Counted from the stretch's first letter, positions 38,673-51,170 are shown. The stretch is DNA of 64,000 nucleotides from an uncultured Holophagales bacterium (GCA_963842525.1 CAWJGT010000019.1:288001-352000), one strand, 5' to 3'. Notes: a model not told the origin generated them from the sequence alone. Translations and numbers: made by a program.

Positions 38673-41025
38673 TCACCATGCTACCTGAAGAGGTTGCGGC
38701 ATCCAGCGGTGGAAGATCATGGACAGACTCCAGGGGACTTCGTCGACCAGCACGTCGACCGTCTTGCGCTGCACCCGCAGCTTCCAGCCCTCGGACGTCC
38801 TCTCCAGCCGTCCCTCGCGCTGCAGGAAGGTCTCCTGCAGGCCGGCGACCGAGGTGTTCTGCACGATCGTCCAGTTGGCAAGCAGGGAGCGCAGCAACGT
38901 ATCGCAGACCTCCCGTTCCCACTCGGTCGGCGCGATCTCGAGCGCGACGGGCGACTCCAATGGCAGGCCGCAGAGGATCTTGTTCAGGGCGAGGGCCGGC
39001 TCCGGGCTTGCTGTACAGCCATGGATCAGATATTGCAACAGATGGACGGCGCGCGAGGCCGTCTCAACATCGCGCAGTCGGACCTTGCCTGCCGCGTCCT
39101 CGCCCAGCAGGTCCAGCATCTTGAAGAGGTGCGGCAGGAAGGCCCCGGCCAGCACGAGGCCGGCGTTGTCGACATAGAGCGGCTCCGCCTCGTCCCCGGC
39201 CTTCGCCTGCCGTACCGGAGGCCGGTTCTCTCGCCGCTTGCGGGCCGGCGGCTTCCAGAGCGCCAGGAGGCGCGGCCGGCCGTGCCGCAGAGCGGCTGCG
39301 GGCGCGCATGACCGCCCGCGGCCGCCCGCCGGCCGGCGCTCTCGAACAGCCTCGCGCCGGCTGTGGCACGCGCGGACGCATCCCCCCGGTAGCGCCGGGC
39401 CACGTGCTCGAAGAACTCCACGGTGAGCCGCTCCACCGAGACCTGCCCTCCCTGGACGGCGGGCCAGGACCTCCAGCAGGAAGCTCCAGAACGCCCGCCG
39501 GCCGGTGAGCGCCGGATGGCCGGGCGGAGCTGTCTCTCCCCAGGCCGCGGACAGCACCTCGGCGGCTTCGAGCAGCGCGCGGTGCCGCCGCGGCGCCAGC
39601 TTTTCGACCACCCGCTCCAGGGCGGGCTCGGGCAGGAGCTTCATCCACCGCTGCCGCAGCCGCCGGTCCGCCGCATGGCGGGCGAGGAAGTCCGCGGCGC
39701 CCACCGTCTCGTCCGGCCTCCCCGGGCACCCGCGGTCCGCACCGCCGCGAGGAACGTCTCGTCGCCGGCCGGCCCGCCCACGGCTTCGCGCAGCAGGAAG
39801 CGCTCGACCACCGCGGGCAGAGGGGACGGGAACAGCTCCTTGAGCAGCCGGTGATAGGAATCCTCCATCAGCCTGGCTCCCTCGTGAACGAGCAGGGCCT
39901 CGCCGAGGAGCGCACGGCGGACGCGCTCCTCGGGCCGCGGCCGGTAGGGCGCCGGAATCCGGGCGAAGAGGTGCAGCAGCGCCTTGAGCGTCCTGGCTTC
40001 CGTCGGGCACAGGCGGTCGAGCGCGCTTTCGAAAAGCGCCTGCGGGATCGACCCCACCAGCTCCGAGCGCCGTTCCGGCTCGCTGTGGAAGGCGGAGATG
40101 AGCTGCTCCGCGTCCGCCGGGGCCTTACACCCGCCCCAGGCCCAGCTCGCGCACCAGGTCGCCCACCACGGCCGGCAGAGAAGAGCGAACGGAGCGTCGG
40201 GCTGCCGTCCGATCCAGGCCCTGGCGCAGCGCCGCGAGCACGTCCGCATAGTCCAGACCCTCGCGAGCGGCGATGCCCCGCAGCACCGAGCGCACGAAGC
40301 TCCGGCGGTTGAATTGCGAGCCCGGATCGCGCACCAGATAGGCCTGCGCCAGCAGCCAGAGGACGCGCGACAACGCTCGCTCGGAGAGCGGCACCACCGG
40401 CTCGCCGCGGTGGGCCTCGCGGATGTGGCCGATGTAGGCGATGATGAGCGCCGCGTGCTCCGGCGCGAGGAGGCGGACCAGCTCACGGAGCCCCCGCTCC
40501 CGGAGCTGGAGCACGATACGCTCCAGCACCCGCGTCTCGCGGCCCAGCCGGAGCATCACCTCGACGATCCCTTCCGGATCGCTCGCCGCCATCTCCAGCA
40601 CCAGCTCCTCCAGCGAGAAAGCCGAGCGCTCCGGCACCCAGAAGGGGAGTGTGCCGCGAAGCAGAAAGTGCTCCAGCAGCTCGCGCTGCACCGCCTCCTC
40701 GGACCGCGAATGGCCCGCCTCCGTGGCCTCCTCGCCGATCTCCCCCAGCGCCGCCTTGAGAGACCGGCGCAGCTCCACCTCCAGCCGCTCGACGACCGCC
40801 TCTTCGAACCCGGTAAACGGCACGGTGCCGAGGTCGATTTTCAGCTTCGCGATCCGCGCCTGTCGTCCCGGCACGTCGATCTCGTCAAAAACCCTTTCGA
40901 TCACGGGCAGCGGCCCGTCGGCGGTTGAAGTCCGAGAGGCGCGGCTGGAGGGCCAGTGCTACGGCCTGCGAGGGGGTCTCAAGGTCGAGGGTCTGGTGGC
41001 GGAGAGTGTGGTGGAAGGGGTTCAT
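38673..41025 (-). CDS. afp14: eCIS tape measure protein (Afp14), multiply frameshifted
   Basis: I.KL.IDLG, HFLLRGTLP.W, YVDNAGLVL...FLP, LNKILCG, LQETFLQREG.L, PWS.SMI..WM across different frames. Confidence 0.85.
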
Positions 41026-41031
41026 GAGCGC

Positions 41032-41535
41032 TCAATTCTTTCCTCGCAGTGCCCTCGTCCCCGTCACTTCCGCCTCCCGTTCCAGGCCCGCATCGTCGTT
41101 GATCGCTGTCTCTCGGACCTGCATCGTTGGCCGCACCCGGCCCTGCATCTGCTGCACGACGTGCCGGCCCTCATGCGGCAGGTGTCGCTGCTGTCCCGGC
41201 GCGACGTGGATGTCCTGCCCTGGGTGTAGGCATGGGCCTGAATTTGCGCGGGCTTGGGCGAGTTGTAATGAACCCGCACGTCGGAGAGGTCCATGCCGAG
41301 GGGTGCCCAGGCCGGTCTTGAGACCGTCGCTCAGGCCAGTCGAACTTTCGGCTCCGGTCGTGCTGTTCACCGCCTCCCGGAGCTGAAGGGCGTTCTGGAC
41401 GCCACGGCTTTGATTCGCCGCCTCTTCCCAAGCCGCGAGCTGGCTCACTTTGGGACTCTGCACCTCCGCGGCTTGCGGGGGGGTGCCTTTGAGTGCTTCG
41501 CTTGGCCAGCTGGCGCGCTTCTTCTTTTTCCGCAT
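41032..41535 (-). CDS. Stand-alone DUF4157 (eCIS core) domain protein; compensating frameshifts
   Basis: TGL.D.LK.GL, MDLSDVRVHYNS.KPAQ.QAHAYTQG, HLPHEGRHVVQQ, LEREA. Confidence 0.88.
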   Translation of the reverse strand: MRKKKKRASWPSEALKGTPPQAAEVQSPKVSQLAAWEEAANQSRGVQNALQLREAVNSTTGAESSTGLSDGLKTGLGTPRHGPLRRAGSLQLAQARANSGPCLHPGQDIHVAPGQQRHLPHEGRHVVQQMQGRVRPTMQVRETAINDDAGLEREAEVTGTRALRGKN

Positions 41536-41553
41536 GCTCACATGCGTAGCACA

Positions 41554-43626
41554 TCAGGGTTCTCTCCTTTCTTGCAGAAAATGGCGCAGGGCTGCGGACG
41601 TGTCGATGATCCGTCGCCGGTCCTGCTCGCGCAAGGCGCAACGCCAGGCCCGGTCGAGGCTCTCGAAGTCGCACATCTGCTCAGGGCTCAGGAAACAAAC
41701 GTCCACCACGACATGCGGGGGCGGATACTCGCGGATCACCTCGCGGGCGAAGCGCCGGTAGTCCTCGTTGCTGTCCGGCGGCGCCGAGAGCACGACGGTG
41801 ATGGTGAAGCTGTAGACGAAGGCGGGGTCCGCATTGCGGAAGCGGCCGAAGCGCAGCAGGTTGTGCTCAACGGCATGGAAGTGCTGCTGCGCATCGAAGG
41901 CGCTCATGCCGAGTTGGATCCGGCTCTTGATCTCCAGGCCGGCGACGTTGCCGCGCGAGGGACGCTCCAGATAATCGAACCCCCGGCCCCGATTGTGGGT
42001 GCTGGCGGTCAGGTGCCGCAGCAGGGCCCGCTTCGCCCGCATTGAGAAGGCTCCGCCCGTGTCGGCGTCCTCCTCGCCGCACGGGGTGAGGTCCCAAGAC
42101 GGAAGAGCGATCGAGGTCCTCGCCATAGAGCGCCAGCAGAAAATCCAGGAACCGGCTGCGCCGCGCGACGAAGGAGCCCTGGCCTTGGACGATCTCCGGC
42201 AGGCCGCGCCGGTATCCCTTCTTCGCCCCCCACGAGCAGCGGCTCGATGTTCGGCACCGCGCGGTCCAGGTATTGGATAGGAATAAGTGCTAGGAGCGTC
42301 CTCCGCGGTGGAGAAGAGGTCCCGGACGTGCGCCAGTTGGGCGAAGAAGTTTGCCATCAACTGATCGTAGACGAGCAGATAACCCTTCAGTTGCTTGGCT
42401 TGTGCCTTGCGCGCGGCCGTGGCATCACCAGCCACTCCATAGGCGTTGATGCCGTAGACGTTGGTGTATTGATTCTGGATGGAGTAGTACCGCGTGACGT
42501 CGTGGTATTTTCCTTTGGGAAAGCCGGCATACTCGACATATTCCGCGGCCAGGGGGTAGATGCGCCGCTGGTCCGCCCACAGCCTGGCGAACTCCCGCTC
42601 GACCCGCGCCGGATTCGGCTGGATCTCGATGCCGTTCCTGTACAGCTTGATGCTGAAGCTACTGCATTTTCCATTCGGCCGGGCGTCGAGCTGAAGGATG
42701 CTCCGACGCGGCACCTAAGATTATATCGTTTCCGCTGTAGGCCCGTGAGTCGTTGGCCACGGTGATCTTCACGCCACGGAGGCTGGCGACTCCCGCGCTG
42801 CGCGCGATGACCCGGACGTTGTCCTGCACCGGGATCGTCTCCGCCTTGGGTCTGAAGCTGTTGGTTCGCAATGAAACCGTTGTGAAGCAGCGGACCGTCG
42901 ACCCCCTCGGACGGGGGTACGCCTGCGTCGACGAGGCTTTTCAACGACTGGCGGCGCAACTCCGGGAGCGAGGAAATTGGCGACGTTGAAGAGGATGCCC
43001 GCGGCAGATTCGTCTTGCGGGCGGGCGTCTCCAGGATGTTCACTTCGGCCTTGACCGTGATGCGTACGGCTGCAGGACACGGATGGAACGGACATCCTCG
43101 CCCAGGTTGCGGTGGCGGCAATAGAGGCGCCGCACCTCATCGCGCTACTTCCGCTTCGGCGCTCTCCCGGCGGCGGGCACTCCGGTTCCAGCCTCTGCAT
43201 GTAGTAGCCCGAAATCCCAGAGGCCTTGAACGCAACGTTTGGAGGTGCCCGCACTTGTGGGGCGTGGGCCAGACGTTGGCGATCTCCGGAAGGCGATCCA
43301 CGATGAGCTTGCGGTAGTCGTTTTCCGTGACCGGATTGCACGGGAAGATCCGTTTGGCGGGGAACAGCGCCTGCCGCCGCGGGTCGATCTTGCCAGTGAT
43401 TGGATCGATGAGCAGATCTTCCAGCGGCAGCTCGGCGCGATAGGAGTCGGCGAGCGCATAGCAAAGCTGCTCGAGCGTGGTGACGCCCGGACCCGACCGT
43501 TGTAATCGGTCCAGACCTCGCCCGCGAGACGCTGGGACGATCCAGGTGCCTTCAGCCTTGAGAAAGGCGTAGTCGAGGCCCGGGTTCAAGGGCTCTTGCG
43601 GATTGACGGGCGACGGGTTCAGTCAT
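41554..43626 (-). CDS. afp12: eCIS baseplate protein (Afp12), frameshifted
   Basis: LDY..LK.EG, PGVT.LEQLCYAL, YYSIQNQY..VYG, QLKGYLL.YDQL.ANF.AQL, VEH.LLR. Confidence 0.82.
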
Positions 43627-46600
43627 GAGAGTCCCGTTGCCGGCCCGTGAGGCGTCATGATTACATGCCCGGCAGCCGAGGTGAGGAAATACCACTCCGG
43701 CCTCACCGGGGGGTCGTACGAAAACGCGATCGATTCGAGGGCGGCCAGCGTACGGCCGGGTCTGTACGAATTCGGAGATCTCGTCCTCCGTGGCGTAGTG
43801 TCCTTCCTTTGCGGCATGCCGCGTCGTCGTACCAGGGCGAGAGGTACTGCACGAGGTCGGCGTTGAGCTTTGCGATGTCTGCGCCCGGATCGTCGTCGTT
43901 GGAAGGTCACGGTGGCGGTCACCTGGATGCGGACGTATTGGGGATTGACCACGTGGAGGCGGACGAAGGGGCTGGTCCTGGCTTCCAGATATGCCTGGAG
44001 GCGGTGGAGCAGGTCGGCCGGGGCGAGCGGTGTCGTGGGGTCCTGCACCTGCGGCTTTCCGCGCCGGGAACGACCACCACCAGCACGTCGCCGGGGGCGT
44101 TGCCGTGGACGGTGTTGCGGGCCAGGGCCTGCACCTTCCACACCTCGGGAAAGCGCTCCAGGACCAGGCGTTCGTAGTCCCAGGCGAGGATGGCGCGGTC
44201 TTTGTGGCGCAGGCGCTCGCCCAGGCGGATGTCAAGGCTGCGCCGGTCTTCCGGTGGCCGGCCGCCGAAGGACTCCATGGGTTGATCGATGGCGGCGATG
44301 CCCGCGAGGTCCTGGACCGAGGAGGTGATGGTGTGGGCCGGCAGCGGCTCGCCCGAGCTGCCGCCGCCCTGCCGGGTCGCGGTCAGCACGTGAGGATAAT
44401 GCCGGCCGTGCGAGGGAAACCCGGGTCTTGTGCCACGGCGGCGCGCAGCCACCGGAGGCCGCCGGGAAGGATGGCGTCGTTTGCAGGGTTGAAGGCCGGC
44501 AGGCTCGAGGGTAAGGATGCCGGAAGTCTCCAGCCCGTTCGTGGTGTCGGAAAGGATTTCCGCCAGCGTTAAAGGCTGCCAGGGATTGGCGGCGTCGGCA
44601 GAGAGGCAGCTCCAGGCCACGGGCGGCAGGCCCGATGCATTGCCTCCTGCCGTCATCTGGAAGAGCAGGCTAAGCTTTTGCGCCGGCGCGAGGCCCGAGA
44701 AGCCGAGGTACAGGTTTCCCGGCTCGGGCAATTGCGGCAACAGGGAGACGCCGGTCGGTGCCGGCCGAAAGCCCCCGAAGGGGAGGAGGTGGAAAAAGCG
44801 GCCGTTGGACGGCTCGCCGGCTCCGAGTGTGCAACAGGTCGAATACGTGAGGGTTACGCTTTGCGCCTGCGGCAGCCACGGCTCGTTGGGATATTTGAGC
44901 TTTTTTCGGGTTCGGCTTCGGGCAGACGTCGGGAAGGTCTTCGATCACCGCGTGGAGCACGTTGAGGGTGTAGAGGTCGTTACCGAAGGCGTAGCTCGGC
45001 TGGGTCAGCTCCAGCCGGATGGCGCTCGCGGCGGGGTCGTAATACGGCGGCACGGTATGGGTGCGGACCTCGAGGTGGTCGAAGACAGTGGCGTCGCAGA
45101 GCTTGCCGTCCGGTTCGGGAGGAGATGCGTTGCAGTCGTTCGTGCGGAAAAGATACGGTGGCTCCGAGCAGGGGGCAGCCTGGAGGGTCCAGGCACCGGG
45201 TTTCCGGATGCTCCAAACGCCGCAAAACCGGGCGTTGTTGAAGAGATCGGAGTCGTGTTTGCGGTTCAGGTCCAGGACATAGTCGCGGTACCAACCTTTG
45301 AAGCCGTCGTTGTTCGGCGGCAGGCCGAACCAGCGGACGGTGATTTTCAGGTTTTTGGGGACCTTGGCGAGAGTTCGCGTGGCGGATCTCCAGGTACGAT
45401 TCCCGGACCGGCACGGCGCCGAAGAAGGGGAAAGGCGAGCTGGGATCGATCTCGCCGTCGGTGTTGGCGAGGGCCAGCTCCGGCAGGCCGGTGACGTCGG
45501 TCCGGATCTCGAAGGACGCGGCCTTGATGCCGTCGAGGAGCGAGAGCGGATAGACCTCGGCTTTGGTACCGTTCGAGCGGGTGAGCGTGACCGGCTGCTG
45601 GCGCAGCCAAGCCGCGAAGGTCGGCAGGGCCGGATCAGGGTTCGTTCCTGCGAGCGCGGGGTCTTCCGGCGCGAAGGGCACGATGGACGGCACGGCGGCC
45701 GGCAGATCGAAGGCGAGCGTGAATCCGTCCCAGGACTCGGGCGTGAGGACCTCGTAGTCGTCGAGCCGGAACCAGCCGGCGGCGGTGGAGAGATCGATCG
45801 CGAAGGCTCCCTTCAGGACGTCCCGGAAAGCCTGGGCCGTAGCGGAGTCGTCGGTGTCCAGCAGGAGCCGGAGCGTCTCTTTCGCGGCCTCGGTGTCGCC
45901 CACGACGGTGATCTTGACGTGGCGCTCGCCGCCGGTCAGCAGCAGGTACTCGGAGGCGAGGGCGAAGCCCAGCGCGGCAGGCTCGGCCCCGGCCGCCGTG
46001 CCTCCGAAGGTGGGCCAGGGCTCGCCGCCCGGCACGATCTCGGCAGTGAGGATCTGGCGGTTCACAATGGCGCCGTCCGGCGAGCCGGGGAGGAGAGGGT
46101 CCGAGAGCACGCGCAGGGCGCGAATCCGGTCGAGGCGAGCGGCGGTGACGGTGAGGCCGCGGTCCGCGGCGTAGAGGACGTCGTTGCCGCCGGCGTCCTG
46201 GCCGGCCGGAAAGAGAGTGCCCTGGGGGACGTTGGCCCGTGTTTCGTCTTCGGCCACGTAAAGGTCAGGTAGACGTTGTCGGGGATGCCGGCAGGCGGCG
46301 CGCTCGGAGGACGTCGTCATAGTAGAAGCGGAGAAAGCGGGAGGAGAGGGTGTTGATCCACCTGTGCCGTGCGGAAGATCGGCGAAGGCGATGTAGAGCG
46401 CGATCTGCGGCTTGTGCCAGCCTTCGGCGAGCGTGGCGGGGACGGCCGTCCGGGCGAAGGATTGGAAGTCCGCGCTGCCGTCGAGCAGGGTGTGGAAGAG
46501 CGCCGTGACTGCGGTAGGGCGTGATCGATCCTGCGGTTGCCGGTGGCGCCGGATAGATCGAGCTGTCCGGGCCGACGAAATCGAGGTCCCAGAGGGGCAG

Positions 46601-47166
46601 GAAGCCGCAGTAGTCGAGACCGATCGGCTGTCCCAGGGCCGCCGGCCGGGCGGCCCCCAGGTCAAAGCCTTGAGCCGGCGCAGGGCCTGGCCGAGGCCGC
46701 CAACGCCGCCAGTTATTGTTGCTTCCATCTCCTGGAGAGCGTTCTGCGCCGCCTCGCTGTGCGGCGAGCAGGCGAGCGCGCGCAGCCAGCCGTCGCTCTG
46801 CCGGGCGAGCGCGAGCACGGCGGCGAAGACCTCCCGCAGCAGCGAGAATTTGCGCTCGAACGAGCGCTCGGCCGCCGTCTCCCGCACGAGCGCGGCGAAA
46901 GCGGCTTCGCGGCCCGCAAAGTCCGCGGCGCCGATCGAGGCGAGGACCATGGTGGGATCGGCAAGAAAGAATTCGACCCAATCGCCGTCCGGCTGGTCGC
47001 GCAAGTCGTAGAACTGGACCAGGCGGCCGAACCGGACAGCGAAGTCGAGCAGCTCGGCAAGAGATCGGCCGTCCACCTGCGCCCAGGCGGCGTCGAGCGC
47101 GCGGCGCCAGCGGTCATGCTGGCTCGGGGCGCTGTTGAGGACGATCTTGCCGGCGTGCGGGTCCAT
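43623..47166 (-). CDS. afp11: eCIS baseplate J-like protein (Afp11), frameshifted
   Basis: VDGRSLAELL.FA, P.IAL.IAF, VPQGTLF.AG.D, GNLYLGF, SFGGRP.E, ERLRHKDRA..WDYERLVLERFP. Confidence 0.87.
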
Positions 47167-47171
47167 GAGCG

Positions 47172-47596
47172 TCAGCCTTCCTGCGCGACCAGGGTTCCTT
47201 CCTGGAGATAAAAGGGATACACGAGGTTGCTCCGCGCATTAGTCCGGCGGACGGTGTACGAGATGGAGATGAGGACAAGCCCGGCGGTGGTGGCGTCGAG
47301 GTCACGTCGACCTCGCCGAGGTCGACGCGCGGCTCCCAGTCGACGATCGCCTGGCGGACGGCCTCGGCCACCTGGGTTTTGAAGCCGGTGGTGACGTTGC
47401 GAAAAACGAGCTGCCAGATCGCGCAGCCGTACTGCGGCAGCATGATGCGCTCGCCCAGCGCCGTCGACAGCAGGATCCAGAGGCTCTGCCGGACGTCCAC
47501 GTCGTCGCTCGCCATCTCGACGCTCGCCGCGGGGCGCGAGAAGGTGGGCGGGAAGGCCCAGCCGGTGCCGAGGATCGATCGATCGAGAAGTTTCAT
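47172..47596 (-). CDS. afp9: eCIS GPW/gp25 baseplate wedge (Afp9); frameshift near 47300
   Basis: LGTGWAFPPTF, LSTALGERIM.P.YGC, WEPRV, NLVYPFY. Confidence 0.88.
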
Positions 47597-47601
47597 CGCG
47601 T

Positions 47602-47901
47602 TCAACCGCCGATCATCACGAGAGGAAAACCGAGCAGGATGGTGCTGCCGTGCGCGGTCTTGTCGCCCATGCGCGCGGCCGGCAGGCCCATGATCTTCAC
47701 CGTGGACGAGCCCTTGATGACGGCGTCCGGCGGACCGATACAGATGGCGAGGTCGCCCACCTTGGCGGCCGGCAGGCCACCGATCAGGACGGTCGGCGCA
47801 CCGGGGCCGACGATGGGCCCGCCCACGTGCGGGATGGGCGGCACGGCCGGGGTCGACAGCGGGCACTGGTGAAAATCGGTGATGCGGGCGGCGGGTGGCA
47901 T
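47602..47901 (-). CDS. PAAR spike-tip protein
   Basis: PAARITD.H.CP, PAAKVGD, PAARMGDKTAHG. Confidence 0.95.
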   Translation of the reverse strand: MPPAARITDFHQCPLSTPAVPPIPHVGGPIVGPGAPTVLIGGLPAAKVGDLAICIGPPDAVIKGSSTVKIMGLPAARMGDKTAHGSTILLGFPLVMIGG

Positions 47902-47921
47902 GGGAACCTCCATTGTCTCCA

Positions 47922-49721
47922 TCAGTTGATCTTGACCAGAGCGCCCTTGACGGTGAGCAGCCCCGAGGCGCTGAGCTCCGCCATGCCGCTCGCCTTGGCC
48001 ACAAACTGTCCCTTGGCCTTGTGCTCGATCTGCAACCCTTCCATCGAGGCCTTGGCCTTGGCAATGGCGGCGAGGTTGGCGCCGGCCTCGATCTTGACGT
48101 TGCCTTTGGCCTTGAGCGTCAGGTTCGAGCCGCTCTCCAGGACGATCCCGCTCTTCGACAGCACGACGCTGTTCTTGTTCTTGTCGCGGATCGCGACCTC
48201 GCCTGTCTTGTCGTTGAGGGTGATCGTCTGCTTGCCGGGCGTCCTGATCTCCAGGACCTTGTCCTTGTCATCGAAGGTGATCTCGAGCTTCCCCTTGGTG
48301 ACGATGGCTTTCTTGCCGTTTTTCTCGTCGGGCGGATAGGGTGGCGCGAGCTTCTTGCTGTAGACACTGCCCAGAATCACGGCGTAGCGCGGGTCCTGGT
48401 TCATGAAGCCGACGATCACCTCATCGCCGGTTTCGGGGAAGAAGACCGCGCCGCTCTGGTTCGAGGCGTAGAACGTGCCGAGGCGCGCCCAGACACCCTT
48501 TGCGTCATCCTGGAGCAGCGGCAGGGAGACCAGCACGCGGAATTCGCCTTCCGGGTCTTTGGCAATCTTTTTGACGATCCCCGTCTGCAGGCCCTTGACC
48601 GGCGGGAGCTGGCCCGAGGCGTCGGGCGCCGCGATGCCCGGCGTCTCGCTCGCGAACCACTGCGCCGACAGGCCGAAGTCCGCGGTGGTGAGCCATTCGC
48701 CGTTCCGGATGTTGTGCTGCACACAGCTGATCCAGGCTTTGCCTTGGAAATGCGGGCCGAGGCCTGCGAGCTCGAGGGTCTTGCCCGGCTGCGCGAGCGC
48801 GCTGCCCTGGAAGCGTACGAAGCCGCGGATCTTCGACAGCTTCGCCTTGAGGAGCTCCGCCGCGGACCAGTCCTGGAGCGCGGTCTTCGCAATCGAGCCG
48901 CCGGTCTGCTGATTGAGCTTCTTGACCTTGAACACCTTGGCCAGCTCGTCCGACGTCACGTCGCCCGTCTCGTCGATGCTCACTGTGCCGGGACCGGCTT
49001 CGATCAGCTTTTGCGCGGCGACGTCCCAGGTGTAGCTCTTGATGGCCGAGGGCGCGAGCTGGGTCGAGGCGTCCATCTCGGCCTCCAGGTCGTAGATCGA
49101 ATCGCCGTACGTGACCAGCAACGCGGCCTTCTGGCGGGTGTCCGGCTCCTTGACCGTCACCTTGCCGTTGCTCACGATCACCACCAGGCCGTTCATCTCT
49201 GCGCGCGTCAGCATCAGGTCCCAGTCGCTGGCGTAGTACTGGACGACGGTCTCCTGCACGGTCTTGGTGGCCGCCACGTCTTTGGCGAGGCCGTTGGCGG
49301 CGATCAGCTTGCCAATCAGATCGCCGTCCTTGATCTTTTCGAACAGGGCGTTCTTGCGTTCCAGGGTCATTCTGATCGCCTCGTCGGTGACTTCGACGAT
49401 CAGCTTCGAGCCCTCGGTGCGGTCGATCTCGACCCCCTGCTTGACGATCACGCCTTGGAAGATCACGCTCTCCTTCTGGTTGTAGCCGGCGGCGATCGAA
49501 ACCTTGGCGCCTGGCAGGAACGTCTTGAGCCCGCTGATCGGGAAATTGCTCTCGGCGGCGTCGCCGTCGAACAGGACGAAGCGCGCTTTCGGAACCTTGT
49601 TGACGTGGCTCCACGTATCGATGGAGATCACCTGGTAGCTGCTCTGGATCGGCTTGCCGTCTACCGTGACGGTGAAGCTGGTGAGCGGCGTGTCACCGGC
49701 GAGGGGGGAGGGAGGGGTCAT
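47922..49721 (-). CDS. vgrG: eCIS VgrG-like spike (Afp8)
   Basis: VQY..SDWD, G.V.FQG, WARL, FFPETGDEVIVGF..DPR..VILG, beta-helix C-terminus. Confidence 0.95.
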   Translation of the reverse strand: MTPPSPLAGDTPLTSFTVTVDGKPIQSSYQVISIDTWSHVNKVPKARFVLFDGDAAESNFPISGLKTFLPGAKVSIAAGYNQKESVIFQGVIVKQGVEIDRTEGSKLIVEVTDEAIRMTLERKNALFEKIKDGDLIGKLIAANGLAKDVAATKTVQETVVQYYASDWDLMLTRAEMNGLVVIVSNGKVTVKEPDTRQKAALLVTYGDSIYDLEAEMDASTQLAPSAIKSYTWDVAAQKLIEAGPGTVSIDETGDVTSDELAKVFKVKKLNQQTGGSIAKTALQDWSAAELLKAKLSKIRGFVRFQGSALAQPGKTLELAGLGPHFQGKAWISCVQHNIRNGEWLTTADFGLSAQWFASETPGIAAPDASGQLPPVKGLQTGIVKKIAKDPEGEFRVLVSLPLLQDDAKGVWARLGTFYASNQSGAVFFPETGDEVIVGFMNQDPRYAVILGSVYSKKLAPPYPPDEKNGKKAIVTKGKLEITFDDKDKVLEIRTPGKQTITLNDKTGEVAIRDKNKNSVVLSKSGIVLESGSNLTLKAKGNVKIEAGANLAAIAKAKASMEGLQIEHKAKGQFVAKASGMAELSASGLLTVKGALVKIN

Positions 49722-50419
49722 GCCGGCTCCTCACCGAGCGGCGGGAAAAGGAGCTCGGAGCCCACGGTGAGCTGCCGGAAATCGTTGAGGCCGTTGATGC
49801 GCGCAACCTGGGGGTAGAAGGCGCTGCTGCCATAGATGCCGTAGCACAGGAGCGGCAGCGTGTCTCCGGCCTTGACGGTCACTACATGGGAGAGGTCGGG
49901 CGAGGTCTTGTTGGCCTTTTTGGCCAGCTCGGTCTCGTCGGTGTATTCGAGGAAGGCGGCGTCAGCCCGCGCACGCAGGGGCGTGCCGTCGGGCTTGAAC
50001 AGGGTGTAGGTGACGGCGAGCTTGGTAAGCCGGCAGCGGAAAGTGAACGTACCCCACAGCAGGCGCAGGAATTTCGGGCTGTGGATCTTGCCGGAGTAAT
50101 CGAACACCACGGCTTCGAACGCCGCGATCTGCCGGGTAATCCCGTGTTCGCCATAGGGGACGACTCCAGGCAGCGGGCTCGGCACCACGCCGGTGCCGTC
50201 GAACACCAGCTCGAGGTGGACCACCCGGGACTTCATCTTGTTGAACTTGGGCGAGCCGCCAGGGCTGCCCTGCGCCTGCACGTCGTTGTAACAGATCCTG
50301 TAGGTCCGGGTGTACTTCTCCGGATTGATCATCACCGCATACTCGCCCAGGGCCTTCTTGAAATCGCCCTTTTCGTAGGCGGTGATGACCATCTTCTCGA
50401 GGCTGCCGGAAAAACCCAT
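49718..50419 (-). CDS. afp7: eCIS tube initiator with a LysM domain (Afp7)
   Basis: MINPE.Y, LVFDGTG, L.WG, LF.PDGTPLRA, VKAGDTL..L...IYG LysM. Confidence 0.92.
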   Translation of the reverse strand: MGFSGSLEKMVITAYEKGDFKKALGEYAVMINPEKYTRTYRICYNDVQAQGSPGGSPKFNKMKSRVVHLELVFDGTGVVPSPLPGVVPYGEHGITRQIAAFEAVVFDYSGKIHSPKFLRLLWGTFTFRCRLTKLAVTYTLFKPDGTPLRARADAAFLEYTDETELAKKANKTSPDLSHVVTVKAGDTLPLLCYGIYGSSAFYPQVARINGLNDFRQLTVGSELLFPPLGEEPA

Positions 50420-50421
50420 TG

Positions 50422-50610
50422 TCATCTCCCTCGCTGGTTCCGCAGAGCCTTGAGGACACGCTTGACGCACTCGTCCACGATCTCCTCGCGGTCGAGCTCG
50501 CCGTCGCCGCACCTCTCGGTGGACTCTTCCTCGCGTTTCTCCTTTTTCTCCTCCGCCTCCGCGTCGCTCACCCGCATGTGGATGCCGATCTCGCTGACTT
50601 CCAGTGCCAT
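50422..50610 (-). CDS. afp6: eCIS Afp6/DUF5908 small protein
   Basis: MALEV.E..I...V ... IVDECVKRVL..L, in the canonical position. Confidence 0.8.
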   Translation of the reverse strand: MALEVSEIGIHMRVSDAEAEEKKEKREEESTERCGDGELDREEIVDECVKRVLKALRNQRGR

Positions 50611-50627
50611 CGCCGCGCTCCTTTCCT

Positions 50628-51158
50628 TCAGACCAGCCGCGCCGCGGCCTGGGCCAGCCTGGTGGCGGCCGCAAGGCCGCTGCCGAGGTTGAACCGCTCA
50701 AAATAGTTGTAGGCGAGCTCCAGCGTCTCGACCAGGATCTCATTGCGCTGCGAGTCGAGCGCTCCCACCTCCCAGCGCACCGGCCAGGCGTTGACGAACA
50801 TCCAGGCCATGGCCGGCAGGCCGTCCGGCTTGAGCAGGGTCACCAGCAGGTTCTGGGTGATGATCGGTAAAGACATGCTAGAGCCGACCGTCTGCCCGAA
50901 CCATTCGGCGAGAACCGAATCCTTGGTGACCACGCCTCGCTTGAGCACCAGGTTTGAATATCTGGCCGGCAGAGGGAGGCGATGCACGAAACGGTTCTCG
51001 CCTCCCTCTGCCACCTCCTCCACGCCGAATTCGGCCTTGATGCCGGTGACCTCCTGGAAGCTGGCGTCGATGCCGGTGAGCATGGACAGAGCCGTCCCCG
51101 AACCGAGGATATTCACGGTGAAGTTAAACGCTGCGGGGGGGTAGTACTCGGCCGCCAT
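50628..51158 (-). CDS. afp5: eCIS minor tube protein (Afp5, gp19 family)
   Basis: YPP.AF.F.V, FQEV.G, EGGENRF...LP, LVLKRG, W.F.NAWP, ETLELAY. Confidence 0.92.
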   Translation of the reverse strand: MAAEYYPPAAFNFTVNILGSGTALSMLTGIDASFQEVTGIKAEFGVEEVAEGGENRFVHRLPLPARYSNLVLKRGVVTKDSVLAEWFGQTVGSSMSLPIITQNLLVTLLKPDGLPAMAWMFVNAWPVRWEVGALDSQRNEILVETLELAYNYFERFNLGSGLAAATRLAQAAARLV

Positions 51159-51170
51159 CGTCGTGCTCCG

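Noticed and set aside
47602-49721. Type VI secretion system or intact prophage tail
   Set aside because: No TssJLM/ClpV and no capsid or terminase genes; the afp-like order with DUF4255, Afp14 and Afp15 indicates an eCIS
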